From Antedon mediterranea (taxonomy: Eukaryota; Animalia; Echinodermata): DNA of 64,000 bases. Location: positions 13,091,045-13,155,044 of the forward strand of contig NC_092680.1 in NCBI RefSeq assembly GCF_964355755.1. Direction: 5' to 3'. The notes beneath the pieces were generated by a model, which saw only the letters and a program-made list of their open reading frames with translations, did not search any database and was not told the origin of the DNA. Below, in pieces: positions 39,983 to 49,497 of this stretch (within the stretch, counting starts at the first letter, position 1; every line of letters begins with the position of its first letter). Made by a program: the position numbers and the translations under genes.

Positions 39983-40324
39983 AACAAGCACGAATGTGCA
40001 ATACTCGGGTACAGCGAAAGAAGCTGTAATGACGTCATAATACCGGATGTAACGTCACATACACATCAATAACCGCGCTACTAAATACGGTTATACGGTA
40101 CCATCTTCGAGACGTGATATGGCTGCATCCGGTTTGAAATTAAAAAATCCGGCTCTATAGCTTAGAGGACATGTCCCTGTAGTATATTCATGCTAAATCC
40201 GAGCTCAATACTACAACGAATGAGGGAGGAGTAGTACTTTATAAATCGCACTTTTTGCTCAATAGTGTCCGGATGGAAGAAGAAGAGGAAAAGATGAGAG
40301 AGTAGACTCAGGTACCCCGAGTAA
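39983..40324. mobile_element. Helentron/DINE-like non-autonomous unit (solo)
   Basis: Starts AACAAGCACGAATGTGCAATACTCGGG and ends in the hairpin GACTCAGGTACCCCGAGTAA. Homologous to the array units. Confidence 0.65.
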
Positions 40325-40392
40325 TAAAACGAGATATACTCTATATCATATTACGTATACAGTATATTTCACCATAAAGTTAAAGAAAAATA

Positions 40393-40462
40393 GGTTTCGC
40401 CAGGGCTCGAACCGGTACCTTCTGCGTGTTAAGCAGACTTGACAACCACTACACTACGAAAC
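40393..40462 (-). pseudogene. tRNA-Val(AAC)-like pseudogene
   Basis: Minus strand GTTTCGTAGTGTAGTGGTTGTCAAGTCTGCTTAACACGCAGAAGGTACCGGTTCGAGCCCTGGCGAAAC. Intact anticodon arm TCTGC-TTAACAC-GCAGA, A/B boxes and a downstream T-run, but mismatched D and T stems. Confidence 0.75.
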
Positions 40463-40683
40463 TTCTTACACTAAATATGTGGGTTACACAAAGTTTTTTA
40501 ATCCATTTAAATTACAAATAAATATGGTAATAAGCACAAAGCAAAATAAACATGTGTAAAAGTGATAATTACCGATTACACAAAATAAGTATTTTAAAAA
40601 ATAATAAAAATAAGATATACTGTGTATAATTATCATATTGCGTATACAGTACGGTACTTTTCACCATAAAGTTTTTAAAAAAC

Positions 40684-40755
40684 GGTTTCGCCCGGGCTCG
40701 AACCAGGTACCTTCTGCGTGTTAAGCAAACGTGATAACCACAACGCCAAGAAGCC
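40684..40755 (-). pseudogene. tRNA-Val(AAC)-like pseudogene
   Basis: Minus strand GGCTTCTTGGCGTTGTGGTTATCACGTTTGCTTAACACGCAGAAGGTACCTGGTTCGAGCCCGGGCGAAACC followed by a T-run; acceptor stem imperfect. More decayed copies lie at ~37245-37309 and ~39856-39908. Confidence 0.7.
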
Positions 40756-40822
40756 GCATATAACTACATAACGCTGTGGTGTGTGTCACACATTGTGGCT
40801 TCTTAATTAAACAAATTTAATT

Positions 40823-42523
40823 AACAAAAAAGCACGAATGTGCAATACTCGGGGTCAGCGAAAGAAGCTGTAATGACGTCATATGACCGGATGTAACGTC
40901 ACATACACATCAATAACCGCGCTACCAAATACGGCTATACGGTACCTTCCATCTTCGAGACGTGATATGGCTGCATCCGGTTTGAAATTTAAAAATCCGG
41001 CTCTATAGCTTTGAGGACATGTCCCTGTAGTATATTCATGCTAAATCCGAGCTCAATACTACAACGAATAAGGGAGGAGTAGTACTTTAAAAATCGCACT
41101 TTTTGCTCAATAGTGTCCAGATGGAGAAAATGAGTAAGTCCTAGACTCGGGTACCCCGAGTAAAAAGCACGAATGTGCGATACTCGGGGTACAGCAAATG
41201 AAGCTGTAATGACGTCATAAGACGGGATGTGACGTCACATACACATCAATAACCTACCAAATACGGCTATATGGTACCATCTTCGAGACGTCATATGGCT
41301 GCATTCGGTTTGAAAATTAAAAATCCGGCTCTATAGCTTTGAGGACATGTCCCTGTAGTATATTCATGCCAAATCCCAGCTCCATACTACAACGAATACG
41401 GGAGGAGTAATAGTATATTCATGCCAAATCCCAGCTCCATACTACAACGAATACGGGAGGAGTAGTAGGCCCTACTTTAAAAATCGCACTTTTTACTCAA
41501 TAGTGTCCAGATGGAGGAAGAAGAAGAGAAAATGAGTAAAGTCCTAGACTCGGGTACCCCGAGTAAAAAAGCACGAATGTGCGATACTCGGTGTACAGCA
41601 AATGAAGCTGTAATGACTTCATAAGACGGGATGTGACGTCACATACACATCAATAACCTACCAAATACGGCTATATGGTACCATCTTCGAGACGTCATAT
41701 GGCTGCATTCGGTTTGAAAATTAAAAATCCGGCTCTATAGCTTTGAGGACATGTCCCTGTAGTATATTCATGCCAAATCCCAGCTCAATAACTACATACA
41801 ACGAGTACCCCGAGTAAAAAGCACGAATGTGCGATACTCGGGGTACAGCAAATGAAGCTGTAATGACGTCATAAGACGGGATGTGACGTCACATAAACAT
41901 CAATAACCTACCAAATACGGCTATATGGTACCATCTTCGAGACGTCATGTCATATGGCTGCATTCGGTTTGAAAATTAAAAATCCGGCTCTATAGCAGCT
42001 TTGAGGACATGTCCCTGTAGTATATTCATGCCAAATCCCAGCTCAATAACTACATAGGGGCCTACAACGAATACGGGAGGAGTAGTAGGCCTTCTTTAAA
42101 AATCGCACTTTTTACTCAATAGTGTCTAGATGGAAGAAGAAGAGGAGAAAATGAGTAAGTCCTAGACTCGGGTACCCCGAGTAAAAAAGCACGAATGTGC
42201 GATACTCGGGGTACAGCAAATGAAGCTGTAATGACGTCATAAGACGGAATGTGACGTCACATACACATCAATAACCTACCAAATACGGCTATTATGGTAT
42301 CATCTTCGAGACGTCATGTGGCTGCATCCGGTTTGAAATTTAAAAATCCGGCTCTATAGCTTTAAGGACATGTCCATGTAGTATATTCATGCCAAATCCC
42401 AGCTCAATACTACACCGAATAAGGGAGGAGTAGTACTTTATAAATCGCACTTTTTACTCAATAGTGTCCAGATGGAGGAGGAGGAGAAATAAGTAAGTCC
42501 TAGACTCGGATACCCCGAGTAAA
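40823..42523. mobile_element. Head-to-tail tandem array (5 units, ~250-400 bp) of a Helentron/DINE-like element
   Basis: Units start AAAAGCACGAATGTGCGATACTCGGGGTAC at ~40826, 41164, 41567, 41817 and 42185, and end in the hairpin GACTCGGGTACCCCGAGTAA (partly deleted in unit 3). The 5' ACTCGGGGTAC is inverted relative to the 3' GTACCCCGAGT. Junctions are A-runs with no TSD. Confidence 0.7.
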
Positions 42524-44551
42524 CAGTAATATGCGTAAAAGATGTAGATCCTGGCTGTATTAAGTTGAAGGCATAACTTGATCAAACACTTGATTGAAGA
42601 AACATTTTAAAATATAGCATTATAAATATCACAATAGTATAGGTAATAGGCCTAATGATATCGGTGATGATACATAAGATAGTAGATACACTCATGGCCT
42701 ATAGCGTGTTTAAGCAGGCTCTCAATCGTGCTCTTAATTGAATCAAAAGTGTGTACGCTATTGTTCGTACTGTTTTGAATTACTTTTAAAATATAATCTG
42801 ACAATACACACTTAATGCCGAATGTAAATTAGCTTTTGTGGAAAGCACCGGTCATAGGCGAGCCGGACATAGCGACCGTGTTGTCGTTAAGCTTAGTCAA
42901 GAATGCCGTTTTAGCATTCAGAAGAAAATCACAGTCACTAATGAACGTAACAGACATATTATATTCGTGTCATTTAGATTCACAAAACTGGTTAAACTTC
43001 AGAAACTTGAACTTTGTTGCTGAAACATAATGCACTAAACAAAAGAACAATAGCAGCAATATTTTAACACATTAGCACACACTCAATAAATGGGAAACCC
43101 CTATTTTCCCATCTTTTTATAATGGTATAGTCCATACAAGTCGAGGTGGCCGAAAACGGCACCTGATTCCAATACTTGATATGGAAGATTTGTTGTTAGT
43201 AAGTACTCAAAATGACATTATGAATCTCTGGTCATATAACAAAATATAGAGTAAAGTTGTTTAAAATGATCAAGCGAAGCCATTTTTTGTTTGCTGGAAT
43301 GGACGTTTGTGAACTTGTGAATAATTTAAATTCTGAATCTAAAAAGCTCAAGTTCAATTATCGGAGACTGATGAGGAGAATGAAATCCCCACACAGACAC
43401 TATTATTATATAGGTTACATATTTTCTTTTCTTGCATCCCTCCTCCATCCCGTCTCCTTCGCATCTGTATTATGATTAGAGTCTGATTCAATAAAAAGAT
43501 TCGATGAGAGAAAAATATGTCATTTATTGATACCGAGTAGCCTATGAGAACTCAAACTGAACGGTGTGCTTATAATCAAAGTTGGGGATAAGTTTAACAC
43601 GATATATACCGTAGCCGATCTAGACACATAATATAACTCTGGCAATCGGTGCAAAGTTCATTTTTTATTAAGTAGCTAAACATAAACATTCCTCTATGTT
43701 ATAACATTCGATAATGGCCTACCATATAATTATCTGAGGACCACACATACATGTTAGGCTGGAACTTTCGTCTATGTTATACCATAGTTTATTAATGTGT
43801 TAGGACCACACAGAACATGTTAAGTTTGGAATATAAATGATTTGATTGAAAGTCTTAGCGCGCAAAAACCAAGACTAGCATGTTATAATACTGGTAAGTA
43901 TTTAAGTAGCATAACATATTGTTGATATAAGTTTGCGGTACACCACGTATATTAGTTCTGAAAAGAACTGTTGAGTTTCTCGACGTTTCGATCAATATAC
44001 TTTGAGGACGATCATGCAAACCTTCAAACAATATATAGCATAAAGTATGAATGAATAGCACAGGTTGATGTGTGAATACCCTCCAAAGTTGAGGCGTAAG
44101 TCCAGTTGGGTATGAATGAAGATGACCGCACGGTGTAAGTGCGAATACGCCTTTTAATTTGTCCATTCCATTTTGGGTTGGAAATCAAACAATAGCTATT
44201 GTTAGTAGTGATACAACATTCACTGTCACCTGTTTACGACTCGACATAATGTAATTGTACGAAATCTTGACGGAATTATATCTTGAGCGTAGCCTATATT
44301 ATATTACAGGTATGAATTGCAGCTTCCAAGTCTTCCGCCACTATTACTACAAGTTCTAACGATATTGTGTTTAGGTAATTTTTTTTTATTAGTATTCCGA
44401 TAGCATAAGTACTGTAGCATTGTGTATAATCTTGCATAGTATTAAAGACTAATGCACGGTTAGTCGAGCTTACCATATAAACCGTTAGCAACCATAACTT
44501 CCTTTTTCAGATTGAACTATTGGACTTGCAGTGCAATATTCATAACTAAAG

Positions 44552-46593
44552 ATGAACATCGTTTGGCTTATTGTAGTGTTCTAACTTGCGTGTACGGATT
44601 GGGTATCCTCTCGATGTATGCGTTTTATTTTACCCACGGAATAAACCTGAACGTAAATTATTTACCCAGATCAACCTTAAAAAATGTCAGTAATCGTATA
44701 TATCGTACGAGTCAAGAAACACATTCTTCGTATGAACATTTGTAAGTATTTTAAACAAAATAATAAGAATCCAGACAGCTACCATGTGACGTCTACACGA
44801 CCTACGACCCATTCACCTAACACAATTATGAAGCTGGAGAGAGTGCAAATGGGGAAATGACAATGTTTCTATACGTACCAGCTATATCGTTATCCCTGTA
44901 TTTATTTATTTTATTATATTGATATAGCGTGACGTTCAAAGAAAGGGTTTACAAATTACTGAAAGACCATATTGATGTCAGAAATGTGACCAAGTTAAGG
45001 TAATTGAAAACAATCATCATTATCTTGTATTGCATACTGTATATTTGTAGATAATATTCCTGATTGCAACCTGTAGCAATAGTATAATTTGCTAATTTTA
45101 TATTTTCTAGTGTATCGTTACAGAAATTTTCTCCAAACAACACTGTTCTATTTTATGACAAACCAGTTGATTATAACAACAAAACGAAGATAGTCTTGGC
45201 AAGAAAGAACCCGAGCCGAAAGAAAACGATCGGTTCCTACGACACATGCGCAATTTTGGGAAACGCTGGGATACTAACAGATAGCCATTGTGGAAAAGAA
45301 ATTGATGCTCATGACTTTGTATTGAGATCCAATTTGGCGCCGACTGTAGGTTATACAAATGACGTCGGAAATAAAACTAATCTGACTACACTAAATAGTG
45401 ATATGTGCGGTTACATAGCCAAGTGTTTAAAACGTGACAAACTGAGATGTAAAGATAAAGTTTACAAATTAATGAAATCTTTAGATGGTACTTTTGTGTG
45501 GTTTTCCAAATATGGTGTGGTATCATCTTCTAAATATATTGCCTTCACACAGGCAATTATGAACTACAAATTGAAGACTGAAGTTACGTATCCAGGATTT
45601 GGTTTGCCAAAACTCGTATCAAGGTAGGTTTTGTTTCATGTTAATACTATTTAGGCATACAGCCTGTTTTTGTGCCTCCGATCGTCATGATGAGCCATGC
45701 TGTGTTAAATTATTCCCCTACAATCCTATTCAAAGCTAGATTTGGATCTCTTTTTTTTTTTTCACAAAACTAAATATTTGTTTTGCTTTTTTTTTATTCA
45801 AAACAGAACCACAATGCAAAACAGGTTTTCTTTTACCCGATTGTGTAATCCTATAAAAAAAGATGTTGATAAATAAATATATAAATAAAAAATTGTTATT
45901 AAGTAATTCATGTTATAATGTGGACTGCTGTCTTTCTGAACACTATTTGCTACTTTTTTAGGGAAGTTGTGATTCTTTCTGAGGAGTTGAGCTTTTTTTT
46001 GTGAGACTGAAGTTTTGCTACTAAAAAAAAAAGTGGAATTGTGCTTTTTTTGTAGGAGTTGTGCTGTTTTTCTGATGAGTTTTGCTACTTTATGAGGAGT
46101 TGTGCCTCTTTCTGAGAAATTGAGCTTTTTTTCTGACGTTTTCTTACTATTATTTATTTTTTGTTTGCTTAAGTTGACTTAAAGACACTATATATACTGT
46201 AATAATTTTTAAAATACTGTATTTTGGATTATAAGTGATGATGTGATTTTCCAACATTTTTCAAGATCTATAAATGGTTCCGTTTTCTATATCTCATTAA
46301 CTTAATGTTTATTTTTATTGATGTTTTTCAGATATTGGAAAGTTAATAGTCCATCAAGCGGTCTTGTCTTGTACACAATAGCGAGTACTTTCTGTAGAAA
46401 AATTTCGATGTATGGTTTCTATCCATTCTATACAAAAGACGATGGAACTCCTGTATTTCATCATTATTACGATAACAAAACAACATTGAATTATACACAA
46501 AATCGGCACAATATGCCTAATGAATTTAAGTTGTTTTTAGACCTCAATCGGACTGGTCATTTAAGATTAGTAACAGATCATTGTATCCAATAA
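44552..46593 (+). pseudogene. ST8Sia-like copy 3: frameshifted in the first coding exon (pseudogene, null allele, or N-terminally truncated form)
   Basis: Exons 44511-44741, 44928-44999, 45111-45623 and 46332-46593, with intact splice sites and catalytic motifs. The ATG at 44552 (homologous to copy 2 MNIV) reads MNIVWLIVVF-stop (44582-44584) because CTTAAATACGTGAGT became CTTATTGTAGT (net -4 nt). Confidence 0.75.
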
Positions 46594-47711
46594 TCTTACC
46601 GTCATGATTTGGTGTAAATTAAATTTTATATTTATGGGAATATTGATTGCGTTATTTGAATGATTAAATTTTATATTGCTTATGTCATTTATTTTAATAT
46701 ATTAAAAGTCAAATACGTTTTATATTTTCAAAACGTGAAAGAAAAAAAAAGAGTAGACGAGATGACAATATTTTTTTTTATTTTTGGTGAAGGATAAATG
46801 GACTATGTTTTTTTATTATCTTATGATGGTACCGTTATTTTTATTTTAGAATAACATGCATTTCATTAATTTCATTTATTTTGTCTCAGGAGATATATAT
46901 ATATAAAAATAATAGAGAGAGACAGGATTCCCAAAAGCGAACTGAATCAAAATCAAGTGGGTCTCCAAAATCAATCTACAAAATCCATTCATGGAATATA
47001 TTTATGTAAATTTGATATTTTTTTCTTCTTTTTCTGAGTTGAGTATAAGGAATTTCGCGTTTGCCCCCTATGTTGTTTTCTGTCGTCGTTAATGATGTAT
47101 TGTGTTACAGTCGGCAAAGAGTAGAACTGCATCAAGCTCCTTAAATTGTATTTTCCATCATCAAAACCTCGTTGTAAAGGATTACAAATTTGTTCTAAGG
47201 TTAAAGTAATTAATGATTTGGTTATTCGTTCCATAAATGATTCTCTCTGTGTATGTATAGTATTTATTTCACGTAGGCTATATTATGTATTTTCTATTAA
47301 TTCGTTAAGGGAGCCGTTAACGTTTGTAAAAAAAATAATTTTAGTAGTTCTACATCAGTTTTTAAAAGCTGAATTGTTTTGTAAGAAGAAGTGCTTAATT
47401 TTATTGATCTGCTTGATATTTAGGAAAGGTTTCTATAGGCCTGTCATTAAATTTGAAAATAAAAATAAAATACTGTATCCTTTCAAATGTAGGCCTATGT
47501 GTCATTATTTATAACGACGATGGTTGTACATTTGAATTTAAAAAGGGCTAGATAAAAAGTCAAACAAGATGTGTAGACCTAAATGTTTATTCAATAAATC
47601 AATTATTAGCATGAACAATTTTCAAAAATACAATTAAAAATAGAGCCCGAAAACTGAAGCACCCAACAACAGTTTACCATAATTATACCGCCGCCGTTTC
47701 CAAAGATTAAA

Positions 47712-47806
47712 ATACTTGGGGAGAAATAGAGGGCGTACTTACTTTTGCAACGTCAACAATGACAGTGGTGGTGGTGGTAGGTGGCATGGCTGGATGGATA
47801 AAGAAG
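47712..47806 (+). promoter_or_regulatory. Candidate first (leader) exon / promoter-proximal region of SLC35B3
   Basis: GC-richer island ending in the donor AAG|GTAGGC (47807). The first large coding exon begins with an acceptor 1 nt before its ATG, so an upstream exon is expected. A paralogous copy lies at 31897-31969. Confidence 0.5.
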
Positions 47807-48053
47807 GTAGGCCTAGCCTAGGCCCATACAGCATTATTAATATTCTATAATAAATAATTATATTATTACTAATACAGTGATATTAGGCCTATACTGTAAT
47901 TGGGTGGGAAATTATATATGATAGATAGGATTTCCTAGGTTATACTTAGCAAGCTAGGCCTAGCCTAGCCTGCTAGTTAGGCCTAGCCCTACTAGGCCTA
48001 GGCTATATCTATTCCGTTTCTATCAATGACGATACTGCTGCTAGCCGTATCCT

Positions 48054-49400
48054 TGTTACCATGGCAAACTCCGTGGCTAACTGCCCCGATTTCTGGTCTG
48101 CCCCAACCCTCCGCGCATGGCGCCCAGACGTCTATACGTCGTCACTTGTACTAGATCCAGGCGCCCGCAGACGGTTGGTAGGTTTCTTGCCATTCATTCA
48201 TTGCCCACCCCCTGGGGTCGATCCTACACTCCCTCCGGTTTTGAAAAGGAGGTAGTCACCCGGGGGTCACACAGCTAGCGTTGCTACCCAGCCCATGAGA
48301 CTAGGTTCACAGGATTCGCTATAGCTCCTTGTGACATAATAAACATGGCACCCGGCCGTGCGCCTGGTGCAAGTATAACTAAAAACAATCCGCGCACTTG
48401 TTAAGTTGTATCGGTCAATATTGAGCGCACGAGCTGCGAAATATTGACACATACCCTCCCTATGTAACAGAACCCGTTTCCCCGATACGTAACCAATCCC
48501 GATTTAGCCCCAGGTGTTTGTCGCCGGACTGAAGCTAAATAATTCCCCGTCTGGCGGTTTCCCCGGTTCCAGCCATCCCCTGATAGCCACTAAATCGGGA
48601 TCTTGGCTTGAAATTGCTCAAGCCACGGGAGTATCCCCAACCACACCGTCCTGAGACAAATTGCTGGGACAGAACGAAGACCCCCGTACGGCCTCGATCG
48701 TAGTCTCACCTGGGTCCACCAGCCCCTCCTCATTAGGGTCTGGTCCTATTTGCCGGTCTGGCCTGACGGGATAACGCATCTGCATTCCCATGTAGTACCC
48801 CCTTACGATGTTCCAGGACAAGATTATAGAGGCTGAGTTCCTCTATCCACCTAGCTAATTGCCCTTGGGGGTTTTTAAACGACAGTAACCAGACCAGGCT
48901 GCTATGGTCTGTTGTAACCCGGAAAAGTCTACCCAAGAGATAGTGGCGAAAATGACGCGTCAAATACACCACCGCCTATAATTCTTTGCGGGTCGTACAG
49001 TAATTGTGCTGCTCCGCCGTAAGACGGGTGCTAGCATACGCAATTACCTTCTCCCGTTCCCCTTGTACTTGTAGTAGTTCTCCCCCCAACGCCAGGTCTG
49101 ACGCATCCACATCTAAAATGAATTCGTCCCTGGTATTAGGAAGAGTGAGAACAGGAGGTGTAATGAGAGCCAACTTTAAACCAGCAAAAGCAGCTTGCTG
49201 TTCAGGCCCCCATACAAATGGCACCCCTTTACCCAGTAATTCATACAACGGGCCAGCCTTATCGGCAAAATGGTCAATGAATTCCCGGTGGTAATTAGCC
49301 AGTCCCAGGAACTGTTGCAACTCCTTTACCGAGGTAGGTACGGGCCAATCCTGGACTACAGTAACATCTGTAGCCGAAATCGATAAGGCATCCCCACTAC
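48054..49400 (-). mobile_element. Ty3/Gypsy LTR retrotransposon fragment (RT thumb/RNase H plus 3' LTR, integrase deleted)
   Basis: QQFLGLANYHREFI, DASDLALGGELLQ, IAYASTRLTAEQHNYCTTRKEL*, TDHSSLVWL, QLARW and NADALSR. Polypurine tract AGGGAGGG (~48454-48461) precedes a TG-starting putative LTR, 48451 to ~48054 (...GGTAACA). Confidence 0.88.
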
Positions 49401-49497
49401 TTAGGCCTAGCTATAGCTAAAGTTTACATGTAATTTCTTCTAATCAACAGCTCCGTATGAATCAAGGTATTAATTATTGTATGACTTTTATTACAGA

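Noticed and set aside
40393-40755. Functional tRNA-Val genes
   Set aside because: Stem mismatches and indels in each copy; reported as pseudogene-like.
39983-42523. Regular repeats with palindromes resembling a CRISPR array
   Set aside because: Whole units are homologous (no unique spacers), there are no cas genes, and the context is eukaryotic.
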